Shown: positions 48,673 through 61,757 of the stretch, piece by piece
How positions within the stretch are numbered: the stretch's first letter is position 1
Layout of the letters: each line of letters opens with the position of its first letter
Source: Macrostomum lignano
Taxonomy: Eukaryota
Direction of reading: 5' to 3'
DNA length: 64,000 nt
Assembly: GCA_002269645.1 (NCBI GenBank)
Contig: NIVC01000570.1
Coordinates: 1 to 64,000, forward strand
The notes under the pieces: generated by a model
What the model saw: the letters and a program-made list of their open reading frames with translations, nothing else
Told to the model about the DNA's origin: nothing
The model's database searches: none
Program-made: the position numbers and the translations under genes

Positions 48673-49202
48673 CGGTCCATAGCTCAGAAAGGTATCTATC
48701 TAGATTGCTTTCTGCACTCTGCAATCTTTCCTATTTATTTAATGACTTCTTGACTAGGCACAAATAAGTACCAGCAGATTCGTAGAATGTGATCCAGCTT
48801 TCCGTAGGGGAAGAAAATCCCCTTTTCTCCATCATTTCGCTGCTCCACTGTCTTGTTTCTGTTTCCTCCCTCTCCATCTTATAGCCACTTCCTGTTTTCC
48901 TTGGTCCTGAGTGCAGCCACTTCCTTGCTACTCTAAGAGACAAGAAGTCTTGTCTCTACTTGCTGAAGTGCAAAAAACACAGGCCAGCCATTCATTACCT
49001 GAAAGGCTTAACAGAAGAAGGGTTTAGGGAAGACGCCAATGCGAGTTTTTTTTCAATCAAGAGATGAGGCACGCAAAGAAATTTAGTCTATTAGAAATTG
49101 CTTTTCTCTTAGTCTTAGTAAAGCAGTCGCATTACGCGATCAAAAATTAATATTGGGTCCTGTTCGATTCCTAAAGAATCCATCTATCTGATGAAGATCT
49201 AC

Positions 49203-49515
49203 CCATGGAGATCTATCCGATGGAGATCTATCCGATGGAGATCTATCCGATGGAGATCTATCCGATGGAGATCTATCCGATGGAGATCTATCCGATGGAG
49301 ATCTATCCGATGGAGATCTATCCGGGGGAGATCTATCTGGTAGAGATCTATCCGGTGAAGATCTATCCGGTGGAGCTCTATCCGAGGAGTTCTATCCGGT
49401 GAAGATCTATCCGGTGGAGCTCTATCCGAGGAGTTCTACCCGGTGAAGATCTATCCGGTGGAAATCTATCCGGTGGAAATCTATCCGGTAGAGATCTATC
49501 CGGTAGAGATCTATC
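49203..49515. repeat. 15-bp minisatellite (GGAGATCTATCCGAT)n
   Basis: Direct inspection. Confidence 0.95.
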
Positions 49516-49877
49516 CGAGAGGTCAATCAGATTAGATCTATTCAATGAACATACCCAAAGTGATCTATCAAATGATATCTACTGACGGGGATCCAACCAG
49601 AGAGATCGCGAATATGCCTTCAAGGTTTTGAATCTCCGCAAATATGAAATTTAAGCCACCTGACCAAGGCTTAAGGGCCTTTCCACCGTCTTGAAGCGAA
49701 GCTGCGTAAGGAAAGCTATTCGTGTCTGAGTGGCCCCCGCGTGCTTCACGAACGGATAACGATAGTAACGAATCACTGCTGAATCCAGTCTGAAGCATGA
49801 CCTGACCTGAACGCGGCGCTATCAAGTAATCCAAGTTGCTAATTGGTCTAATTTTTACATTCTCCCTTGAGTCTCAC

Positions 49878-50300
49878 TGTAGTTGTAATCTGACAGAGGC
49901 TCCTTCTAGCTGTAATCTGACAGAGGCTCCTTCTAGTTGTAATCTGACAGAGGCTCCTTCTAGTTGCAATCTGACAGAGGCTCCTTCTAGTTGCAATCTG
50001 ACAGAGGCTCCTTCTAGTTGCAATCTGACAGAGGCTCCTTCTAGTTGTAATCTGACAGAGGCTCCTTCTAGTTGCAATCTGACAGAGGCTCCTTCTAGTT
50101 GCAATCTGACAGAGGCTCCTTCTAGTTGCAATCTGACAGAGGCTCCTTCTAGTTGCAATCTGACAGAGGCTCCTTCTAGTTGCAATCTGACAGAGGCTCC
50201 TTCTAGTTGCAATCTGACAGAGGCTCCTTCTAGTTGCAATCTGACAGTCTCACTGTAGCTACAATCTGACACAGTCTCCTTCTAGCTGTAATCTGACACA
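49878..50300. repeat. 27-bp minisatellite (GTTGCAATCTGACAGAGGCTCCTTCTA)n
   Basis: Direct inspection. Confidence 0.95.
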
Positions 50301-50714
50301 GTCTCCTTCTGACACAGCTCCCTCGCATATGTCAGGCGCATCCACGTGTTAGCATGGCGTACAACCATCAGTGCAGTTCGAGATTTAACTTACACAATAT
50401 TTTGCCCTGTCATAAATCTACCTTGCAGTCTGGTATGAAGATGCAAACAAGATTTTAGCGGATGGGAAAAGGAAAACTTCGTGAGAGGAATTTTCAGAAA
50501 AAAATGGTGATTTATCGCATAGCTTGAGGAGTGCAACTTTTTCCAACCATTCGAGGCCAGCCTCCAAAAATGTCTTGTTTCAGTCTGAGGGAGGTGACTG
50601 CACTTGCTTCTATAAACAGAACAGCTTATGATCATTTTTGTCTTGGATAGGACGGAAAAATAGTCATTCTCGCTGCAAGGAGTTCTGGAGAAGTGCACTC
50701 AACCTTAAGCTAGA

Positions 50715-51990
50715 GCAATCCATTCTCTTCCTTAATCCGTGGCTAGGTAAGCAATCCATTCTCTTCCTTAACCCATGTAGTCTAGGGTTAGCAATCCATT
50801 CTCTTCCTTAACCCATGTAGTCTAGGTTAGCAATCCATTCTCTTCCTTAACCCATGTAGTCTAGGTTAGCAATCCATTCTCTTCCTTAACCCATGTAGCC
50901 TAGGGTTAGCAATCCATTCTCTTCCTTAACCCATGTAGTCTAGGGTTAGCAATCCATTCTCTTCCTTAACCCATGTAGTCTAGGTTAGCAATCCATTCTC
51001 TTCCTTAAATCATGTAGTCTAGGGCTAGCAATCCATTCTCTTCCTTAACCCATGTAGTCTAGGTTAGCAATCCATTCTCTTCCTTAATCCGTGTATGCTA
51101 GGTTAGCAATCCATTCTCTTCCTTAACCCATGTAGTCTAGGTTAGCAATCCATTCTCTTCCTTAATCCGTGGCTAGGTTAGCAATCCATTCTCTTCCTTA
51201 ATCCGTGTATGCTAGGTTAGCAATCCATTCTCTTCCTTAACCCATGTAGTCTAGGTTAGCAATCCATTCTCTTCCTTAACCCATGTAGTCTAGGGTTAGC
51301 AATCCATTCTCTTCCTTAACCCATGTAGTCTAGGGTTAGCAATCCATTCTCTTCCTTAACCCATGTAGTCTAGGTTAGCAATCCATTCTCTTCCTTAACC
51401 CATGTAGTCTAGGTTAGCAATCCATTCTCTTCCTTAACCCATGTAGTCTAGGTTAGCAATCCATTCTCTTCCTTAACCCATGTAGTCTAGGGTTAGCAAT
51501 CCATTCTCTTCCTTAACCCATGTAGTCTAGGTTAGCAATCCATTCTCTTCCTTAACCCATGTAGTCTAGGTTAGCAATCCATTCTCTTCCTTAACCCATG
51601 TAGTCTAGGGTTAGCAATCCATTCTCTTCCTTAACCCATGTAGGCTAGATTACCAATCCATTCTATTCCTGCATCCATGTAGGCTAGATTACCAATCCAT
51701 TCTGTTACTGCATCCATGTAGGCTAGATTACCAATCCATTCTCTTCCTTAACCCATGTAGGCTAGATTACCAATCCATTCTATTCCTGCATCCATGTAGG
51801 CTAGATTACCAATCCATTCTGTTACTGCATCCATGTAGGCTAGATTAGCAATCCATTCTATTCCTGCATCCATGTAGGCTAGATTAGCAATCCATTCTGT
51901 TCCTGCATCCATGTAGGCTAGATTAGCAATCCATTCTATTCCTGCATCCATGTAGGCTAGATTAGCAATCCATTCTATTCCTTAATCCAT
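50715..51990. repeat. 39-40-bp minisatellite that switches variant at about 51640
   Basis: Unit GGTTAGCAATCCATTCTCTTCCTTAACCCATGTAGTCTA, later GGCTAGATTACCAATCCATTCTATTCCTGCATCCATGTA. Confidence 0.95.
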
Positions 51991-52632
51991 GTCGGCTTGA
52001 CTTTACATAGAAATAGACAGTTAACACATTTTTATTTATTCCATGTTGTTTTTTGCACTATTATAAGTAGTCAATGCTGCTTACAACAAAAAAAGTTTTT
52101 TTGCTGCTACAAGCTTGTCATTGAGACATTTGTACTCTGGAACTCTGGCTATAGACTGAGATCTCACTCAGCTGGTCCTTGTTTCAGAAATTAGAAAGAA
52201 AAAAATAGAAGCTGCCACTCTGAGCAGAGTACGATTAAACACTGTCTCAAAAGTTGCCAGCGAAGCCAACTCGCACCTCAACTCCAGAGCGAGTTTAACG
52301 TTGACGCCTGCACTGTGTAAGCAAAAGAAAAGTTACTTAACAAATTTCCTCAGGATTTCTCCCAAAGGCGTTCAAGGTTGACTCTCCAAAATTTCATATT
52401 TGCACTGCACCCTCACATGGAGATCATTATTATTTGACTGAAAGCGTGCACAACTAAGGCAGAAAACAGCTTAAAGTTTTTCATTTTGTTAACACTAAAT
52501 TCACTAAATCTCTCCTTCTGGACTTTTCAATTGCAAGTGCAGTCAAGCTTCCTTTTTCAATGTTCATTCAGATTCACTCGATTATCGATGCAAATCTTGG
52601 AAGATCGGCAGCCAAGATGACGGAAGAGAAGT

Positions 52633-52982
52633 GTCAGTGAGTGGACAAGAAGGGTCGGTGAGTGGACAAGAGTCGTCGGTGAGTGGACAAGAAGCGTCGG
52701 TGAATGGACAAGAGTCGTCGGTGAGTGGACAAGAGTCGTCGGTGAGTGGACAAGAAGCGTCGGTGAGTGGACAAGAAGCGTCGGTGAGTGGACAAGAAGC
52801 GTCGGTGAGTGGACAAGAAGGGTCGGTGAGTGGACAAGAAGCGTCGGTGAGTGGACAAGAAGCGTCGGTGAGTGGACAAGAGTCGTCGGTGAGTGGACAA
52901 GAAGCGTCGGTGAGTGGACAAGAAGCGTCGGTGAGTGGACAAGAAGCGTCGGTGAGTGGACAAGAAGCGTCGGTGAGTGGAC
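52633..52982. repeat. 21-bp minisatellite (GTCGGTGAGTGGACAAGAAGC)n
   Basis: Direct inspection. Confidence 0.95.
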
Positions 52983-53865
52983 ACAGCAAGAACCTGCCTC
53001 CAGGAAGTTTGAGCAGCCGCGGCGCAGAGGGGTATTGCGCAACCGGCAAGTCAATACCGCAAGTCAAGGCAGGGTCGAACCAACAGCCGGAATAGATGCG
53101 AATTCGGAACAGAAAAAGAGGGCGATGGTTTTTTATGATTATTACATGGCGATGATTTACAGCCGCTTGCAAGTCGTCCACCAATTTTTAACCGCGACTG
53201 CCTGCAACGGGGACTATTGATTCACCTTCATCTTCTCTCCCAATATCCGCCCTACACCTGTCTGTGCGTCAGACAATGCACTGCTCAGACAATGGCGAAA
53301 TCGAGGCTGAGTCATCCTGAGTACGGGATTGGCAAATTCATCAATGGAAACCCTGGCTGATGCTTCTGTCTTTTTTCATTCCATTTTTAGTCGCTAATCA
53401 CTGTGACAAATGAGTGAGTGGAAAAATTCAAGCAAAAGCTGCATGCCACTCCACAGTTAGTCAGAGATTTGAGCACAAAAACCACCGTCTGTTGCTCAAA
53501 ATTTGCTTCCAAGGCTAGGAAATGTGTGAACTGGGAAATGGGATATTTTCGCGGCACATATATCGTTTGTTGAGGCTCTGTCAGTCTGTCAATAAAGCGC
53601 TGTGCACTGATGCTCCATAAAAACTGACTGGGGCGTTTTTCCACACCCCCTATCGTCCGTTCTCTCCTGCCGTCTGGCCCTGCACAGTCCACGGTGTTTG
53701 TCCAGCCACTCGGATGGACAGCTGTGCCCATGGCCTGTCTGCCTGCTTGTGCTCGCAATGGGGCTTGGTGAGGTGTCAACTAAAAGTAGGCTGGGTGTCT
53801 CCATTTCTTGTAGCCCTAGACAGCGAGTTCTAGGCCGAGAATCTGGACTGGGGAAACCAAGCCCA

Positions 53866-54135
53866 AAGACACCGCCCCCTTAAAGACACCGCCCCCTCCC
53901 AAAGACACCGCCCCCTCCCAAAGACACCGCCCCCTCCCAAAGACACCGCCCCCTCCCAAAGACACCGCCCCCTACCAAAGACACCGCCCACCCCCAAAGA
54001 CACCGCCCCTCCCAAAGACACCGCCCCCTACCAAAGACACCACCCACCCCCCAAAGACACCGCCCCTCCCAAAGACACCGCCCCCTACCAAAGACACCAC
54101 CCCCTCCCATAGACACCGCCCCCTACCAAAGACAC
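53866..54135. repeat. 19-20-bp minisatellite (AAAGACACCGCCCCCTCCC)n
   Basis: Direct inspection. Confidence 0.93.
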
Positions 54136-54269
54136 CGTGGATACGTACGCAGTCATACGTACAGGCACGCACTCACACAGATGTGTACAGCAGCCCTAAC
54201 TTTATTTATCTTTAGGCATGTACACTTCAAATTTAGTGGTTAAAATTTAGCCCCAAGTTAATGTGACTG

Positions 54270-54337
54270 CACTTGGAATCGAGCCTGGGCCGCTGGCACA
54301 TCAGAGCGCCGCGTTTGACCACTGGGCTACGACCCCC
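54270..54337 (-). mobile_element. tRNA-like SINE head (5' fragment)
   Basis: Minus strand GGGGGTCGTAGCCCAGTGGTCAAACGCG...GGCTCGATTCC, with the same start and A/B-box layout as the 6910-7216 SINE. Confidence 0.55.
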
Positions 54338-54599
54338 TTGTTCTTGCGCTGAAGAAGGAGGCCAGCGGGGCTGACCAATCAGTGAGGGGTGTCGGGGTAG
54401 CGCAAATCTTCAATCGGGGTATATTAGCTCGTTTCGCAGTTAAGTTTGCCTGCCATTAAGTTCAAGATTCAAGGCACCCTGAGAGGCGATTACCATCGAG
54501 GAACATTTATAGGGTGAGGCCGATGTTGCTTTTAGTGTTGGCTTCGTGCTTTTGTGCTGTTGCACTGCCGGCCTGGAGATAGCAAATCTGCACTGGAGT

Positions 54600-55150
54600 C
54601 ACGACAAGCAGACGGACAGATACTAAGACACGCAAAGCAAACACAAGACAAGGCAATAGGACAGAGAATAAGACTAAGACACACAAAAAGACACACTAAG
54701 ACAAGCGTCAAGACAGACAGTAAAACAGACACTAAGACAGACAGTCCCAGACACTAGGACAGACACTAAGGCACCATGAAGACACTGCCCTCGTAAGACA
54801 GACACAGAGAGACTGAGACAGACAATAGGCCAGCAATAAGACAAAAACTAAGACACACACTAAGACACACACTAAAGACACACTAAGACACACACTAAAA
54901 CACACACTAAGACACACTAAAACACACACTAAAGACACACTAAAACACACACTAAGACACACTAGACAGTCAACAAGACAGGCACTGTCTTGCCTGTCAG
55001 AAACTACGTATCAGCGTACTACGTACTACGTACTACGAAACTAGGCAGAAACTACGACAAACGTTAAGACAGACAGTCCCAGACACTAGGACGGACACTA
55101 AGACACCAAGAAGACACTGCTGTCGAAAGACAGACACAGAGAGACTGAGA
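54600..55150. repeat. CA-rich low-complexity tract with (AGACACACTA)-like units
   Basis: Direct inspection. Confidence 0.8.
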
Positions 55151-56422
55151 CAGACCCTAGGAACAGACAGGCTCCAATCAAGCTGGCTGCTCAGCGAATC
55201 TTCCTCGAACTCGAACAAAGTTTTCTTTTGGCTGGCAACTCCATCCTATCCAGCCTCCCAGATGCTGCTAATCCTGAGGCTATCGATCCGCGATTTTGTG
55301 GCCAAATCTCTCTCCTCCCTGTCCCCTTTTTTCGAGCGCAAGAAACCGAGAATACTGAGTTCAGGTCGAGTCAGGGAAAGGGGAGGGCAGGGGAGAAAAG
55401 GGAACGCATGCTTCCCCAGCAGATCGAGTCTGCCAGAAGTACATCGCTGCCCCACCCACCGGGGGGTCTACGAGAGACATTGAGACACAAACGGACTAGC
55501 TGATACAAAAAGTACATGGAAACTTTTTTTCCAGTAATTATCGCTCTAGCCTCCCTGTCGGCTCAAGCGCCTCCTGTTCAAAGTGCTCTCGGGAAAATCT
55601 CACCCCTCTTTCAATTTATCCCTTTCATCCGCCGCTCCTTTCACCGCCTTTCCCCATGCGGCTAGTGGCTAATAGTAGGTAGACCTTCTCTCCTTCTCCT
55701 TTTCCCTCACCCTCTTTGCCCCCCTCAAACCGCCTGCGCGTGTTCTTCATCAACTACGAACCACCGTCCAGCCTCTCGTGTCTCTAGGACCAGCCGGTGC
55801 CAGCAGAACCCTCTCTTACCATCTCCTGTCCTGTCTGCACTTCGCCTAGGGGTGGAGGGGGAGCAGACACAGGAGAGGAGACTGGTTCCTCATTCTCACT
55901 GCCTCGGACTGCACATTGTCTGTCTCTGTTTCCCTCTCCCGTCTGGTCCAAATCATCACATTTTCACTCCCCACCTCCGTCCCCAACACACGGGTAAGAA
56001 CCCAGCCTTGCCAGCTTCCCTTTCCCCATCCAGCAGCCGGGGTTCTCAGTTCCTCTTTACTATTATAAAGCAGGGAGCCAATGAACAGGCGGACGCGGAC
56101 AGGGGGGAGAAGGGAATCGGTTGGAGGGTGGGAGTCGCCTGAGTGGATTGGGCCTGGAGACACATTTTCTAATTCCTCTCCAGCTAGCCCCCTGCTCCGC
56201 CACCGCACAACAGGCCCCGTCCGCTCCTAGATTCCTCCAAGCCCAACAGCGCGTGCTCAATAAAATAGAAAATCATCAACAGCCCTAGTCATCCGTCTAT
56301 CGGAGTTCGTTCCTTGTATTTTACTCAAACCGACTAATCTAGTCTCTGTGTCTGGACATTTCCGTCAAAATTAATTTTAACGATTGTTCCAGAGCGCTAG
56401 CTAACCCGAACGCAAGAGTAAA

Positions 56423-58065
56423 ATGATGTTGCGACAGACTTCGAGCGGCCTCCTTCTTGCTGTCGGCCTGTTAATGTTCGGTTGGACTTGCGCACTGGAG
56501 CCAACTAGCGTGGATGTGTTAGAGAACGATTGGTACGAATTTGAGTGCGTCTATAATGCACAGGACGATAAAAATAGTAAGTCTAGCTTCCGCTCAACCA
56601 CTGTTTCCTTCCAACTATGGAAGCATTTTAGCTCCTAATTATAGACTACAAGCTCAGGTTCAACAACCGTAATATACTGGCACAGTCGCACAGACAAAAG
56701 CTTCAAAAAAGACTCAAGGAAGACTTGCTTAGGTAAAAAGATGCAGGTAAAATATATAAGTTAGTCTTAGCCGCCCCAAAGTGGGCTGATATGGCTAGTC
56801 CAATATACAATAAAAATAAAACTAGATTAAAATAATTTGGACTTAGCTAAGCCTATCTACATTTGTTTTAGTGATAGTCATGTGATGAAGCGTTTCCCTC
56901 AGCCTTTGTACACATATGCTAGAGTACATACTATGCTCGTACAAAGTCTTTCCAACTCCCATCTAGGAGCAACATCCAATCACGGCCACTCAGCAGTGGT
57001 GATCCGAAATGTACTTTCAGTATTTGATCTGAAATGTACTTTTAAACTGCTAAACTTTACTAATTACAGAGGTTCACGAGCTGACTGTGCACATCCAAGA
57101 TTGCTACAGCTCCGCTCGTGTAGCCCTAAGCCGCGAGCACTTCTCTTCTGCAACGGCCGCCGTGGCTGTAGTTTTTGGCAAAACTTCCTCTCAACAAGCC
57201 GACATTAAATCTGAGCTGATGAAGAACCAGAACTGGCCAATGTACTATACCAACTCGGAAAATGCCTACTTGAAAGAAGGTCTCGTCAAGATAGTCTCGG
57301 GCGACGTGAACAAGATCAGCATCAAGGTGAATGTTACAAACAGGATGGATCGTCGCTGCATCTCCTGCAACCAGATTAAATCGTATCTCGATCTAGAGCC
57401 AACCAAGAAGGAAGCATTAAAGATTCGCAGTAAGTTTTTATATATATTTAACTCTGCATGGCCTTTAGTTATAAGGATAACTAGACAGGAAAGCCAGCAA
57501 TGTTCTGGAGAGATTTCTTTTACCCTTTTCTTTTATGTGTATTGTTCTGAACAGCGTTTTTCTTGACCAAGACTGGCTATTGAAAAACCCCTTTTGAAGC
57601 CGGCTTCCAGTACGGAATCGAAGTGGATTCAGCCGGTATGAATTCGATACCGGCTTCCAGTATCGAATTCATATAATTCGATAACCTTCTACAAGCTACT
57701 GCTAATTTAGCTGTGCACATGTTCAGACAATCAGAGCTAGATTGTGAGGCTTTCTCGGTCAAAGGTCAAGCTCGAAGTCACCTGATCAGCCCCAACCCCA
57801 ATTCACCACAGGGCCACCAACTGCCAGTGCAACTGTGAACGGCGCGGCGCTGCAGCCGACCAGTCCGGCTACGGCTTTGCAGCTCAACCAGACCGTCACC
57901 ATTATCTGCACTGCCAGCGGGCCTGCGCAGCTGTCCGTCACGCTGCTGAAGGATAACCGCGAGGTGAGTGGGACCTCCTGGGACCCGGGGAACTTGACTC
58001 CCCGTTGAAGCCTGAAAACAAAAAACCTGTTCTTGGCGGATAGAACAAATGGGATGTACATCTAT

Positions 58066-58132
<67 letters not shown>

Positions 58133-58155
58133 ATCTAATTATCTATCTATCTATC

Positions 58156-58209
<54 letters not shown>

Positions 58210-61200
58210 AGATTCACTTTATAGATAGGGCTCCGATATTCAGATATCGCAATCCGGAAATGAATCTAACAGATCGGAATTTGACAATTTTTCCCTGAAA
58301 AAAAACAAAAAAACTTTGCTCTCTGCCCATGCGCCAGTGAAATTTATATCCATATTTTTCTAACAATTTTGCCTGCAGTTCAAGCTTGGGAATGACACAA
58401 AAATTTAGAGAGCTGCATTCTGTATGAATTAATCTAGCCAAACTCAGTAGCCAACGCTCTAGCAATCTATCCCTATTATATAAAGCTTCTTCCGCAGTTA
58501 TCAGCTCTGAAATTTCGCAGGCCTCAAAGCAGATTGAATTCAAAGCAGACGGCAGATCTCTGTGCACCGCCACTGCTTGGCCAATTTTATTCATATCATT
58601 AGTAAACAAGACCGAACTGAGCGAACGATAAGATAAGGCAGCCTATACTCAAGAGTAGAATGAGCACTGACTCAATAAACTATAACAGAAAACACACAGG
58701 AAGCACGTGCAGTGGAAGCAAAATTTGCAGCAAATTATGAATTACGCGAATTGTGATAGTCACCTTCTTGTGGGAAATTCCTTGCTCCTCAGTGTCTCAG
58801 TGCGGTCCTTCGGAGGGTGCACTCTGATCCTCAGTGTCTCAGTGCGGTCCTTCGGAGGGTGCACTCTGATCCTCAGTGTCTCAGTGCGGTCCTTCGGAGG
58901 GTGCACTCTGATCCTCAGTGTCTCAGTGCGGTCCTTCGGAGGGTGCACTCTGATCCTCAGTGTCTCAGTGCGGTCCTTCGGAGGGTGCACTCTGATCCTC
59001 AGTGTCTCAGTGCGGTCCTTCGGAGGGTGCACTCTGATCCTCAGTGTCTCAGTGCGGTGCTGCGGAGGGTGCACTCTGATCCTCCCCAAAAGAAGGGATT
59101 TCCAAGAATCTCCATAAGGATCATTGTAAGTAATAAAATTTCTACAAGGACTAAGCGCATAAAACAGGCAAAAAGCAGTCACTCTAGCTGAAGTTTTTTC
59201 GATGAGCACTCTGAGCACAAGCTGAAGAGATATCCCGATCGATGATGCCAATACAGCCGCAGCTACCTGTTTAAAAGATTGAAAAAATGTTTTTTCTCTC
59301 GAGATGAAGCATCAACACAGAGTATCCGTTCAGCTGCCCTGAAGAGGTGAGGAAAATGCATTAACGGGACAGCGGCAGCAGCAGCCGCAGGAGAGACTGT
59401 TGAGTGGCGCCCCTTCGTAGCTGATTGAATTATTGCCACCATGGCGTCATCTTCAGCTCAGCTGCCTCCTCTCCATCCCGCCCGTTAGTACACGCCTACT
59501 GTTATGCAGTGCAGTGCCAGGGAGTCTATGCGAAGCCAGGAAACTGGGGTGGCGGCAGCTGGGTGGAAGCCATCGTCTGCCAAGCCACCGGCCTGGCCCG
59601 CGGGATTAGTGGAGTAATCTATAATTCACCATCGGCATGCGGATCCAGACTGCCAGCTGCATGCAGACCCCCAGTCTCCCTCCCAAAATGGGAGTCCCAG
59701 CCACCAGTCCCCCACGCCGCCAGACTAGAGAGAGATAAGTGCTACTCAGCGCAGAGCCAGCTGATAGCGATTAATCTGCAAGCCATAGAGCTGGGGCCTG
59801 TCTCATGTCTGCTCTGCTCTCCGGGCTGAAGTCTCAATCGTAAAACCTCTCAGCTATTGATTGAGTCCTCATAGACTGCAGTCAAGGGTAATTAGTGATG
59901 AAATCATTCAAGTATAAAACTGCATTTTTAAATAAAAATGCTACTAATGAAATTCTTAGGAAAACCGTCAGTAGGTCATATGGTCATATGGTCATATGGT
60001 CATGTATGAACATGATGATAGTCGCTAGTCACTTCATATCCAGGCCTCCTACCAACGCTTTGGCATCTTTCTCAACATGGCAAATTGACAAAGAGAAAGA
60101 AAGGCAGGGCGACCCGGGGGTTAAGTTGAGGTGAGGCCATAGTGAAATTAGTGAAATGAAAATCAACACCCAAGGGGTTCTCCGGCTATGAATGCTGCGA
60201 GCCAAGCAAGGGTGCCCCAAATTAGGCAGTCCACGTGTCTGTAAGAGACTGGCGTGTGCCCCCGTGAGTCACTCACTCACTGCCTGGCATGGGTGAAGGG
60301 CCGCGTATTGACAACTGCTTCTCCCCGGCTTCCCAAACCGTAAGTGGGCCCCGGTGAGCACGCACTCCCCTGACTAATGGCGTCCTTCTCCAATGCCAAT
60401 GCTCTACCCGTTGTGTTACTAATGCATGCATTGCATGGAATGCCCGACTGGGAAAATTTGTCTCCGGGAAAGTTAACAAAAAAGCAGTTGGGCTGCGGCC
60501 AGTTTCCACTGTCAGCTAGCTGGCTCTCTTTCTCTATCTCCTTTTCCTGCCTGAACTGTCTGCGCAATTGGCAGTGAAAGATGCTCATCTAAGTGCTCAG
60601 CAAAGCCGGGCGTGACCCCTCTCCCCCAGCCAGCACCGCCAGTTTCTGTTATCCGCACAGCTTATCATTGGACAGCTGCAGTAGCAGTGCATTTAGAAAT
60701 GCTCTGGAGCTGAATGGGGATTCGCCATAGACGAATTCGGTCAAAGAAAATTCCGCGCTAGAAAAATTCTATTTCTTAGAAATTCGATGCGCATAGCGTC
60801 CTTCTATTGTTTTTGACAACCAAATGATAATTTGGACAGTCAAAACGAGAAACACTCTATGGCCAAAGCCTGCTCTATGGCTGCTGCGGCTCGCTCCGTG
60901 GACAGAGTCTGTGGACAATCTAATCGATAAAGAGCCATTCTAAATGAGAATTTCCCTCATCGAGCGCACTAGCAGCAGCTAAACGTACACACAGCAGCAG
61001 CAGAATGCCGCCTCAAACAAGTGAAGCAGATCGCCGTCGCCTGATCGATGGCATCAACGCGGGGCACTCCATCAAAGAGGCAGCAAGGGTGCTGCAGCTG
61101 CCAATGCTGCCATCCTTTGTTGTCTTTTGTTCTTCTGCCTTTTAATCACTCTACATTGAATTTTGTTTGAGTTCTTGTTCCGTTATTCAGTTAAAAATTC

Positions 61201-61696
61201 AAGCAATCTGTTGAAAACATTTGGTAGCTAAAATTATCACTTTGAATGTCTTTTTATTATTCCAAATTCTCATTTAGAATGGCTTTTCATCGATTAGATT
61301 GTCCACGGACTCTAATGGCTGCTGCAGCTCGCTGTATGCGTTTCTCATTTTGAATGTCCAAATTATCATTTAGATTGTCAAAAACAATACTGCAGTTGTC
61401 CTTTTGAACTAATTGACGTGCTTGCACAGACCAAGAGGAGTCTGGGAGAATATCTGCTTTCACTAAGAACCCAAAGATACTGAGGCACGCAGAGTTGTGT
61501 ACACTTTACTCGGAGATAAAGCTTTTTAATCCAACCAGCTGCTCACCGTGACCTCCGGCTGTCTCGTCTCTTCTTTTTAGGGATGGAGCTCCCCCGGTTC
61601 ACCCTCGGGGATAAGGGAAAGGGGAGGGACCGACTGAAAAAAAACGTGACGAATTCAAAAAATAGGGAAAGGAAGCACAGCCTCTCGCTTTCGCTT

Positions 61697-61757
<61 letters not shown>

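Noticed and set aside
47474-48767. 338-402 aa ORFs (CLSV / QTDR repeats)
   Set aside because: They are translations of the (CTGT)n microsatellite.
49836-50272. SSCNLTEAP repeat ORF as a mucin-like exon
   Set aside because: The 27-bp unit is open on both strands, and there is no splice or codon-bias support.
52572-53095. SVSGQEA repeat ORF as a coding exon
   Set aside because: Unit variants are non-synonymous in this frame and several frames are open; only a weak upstream acceptor supports it.
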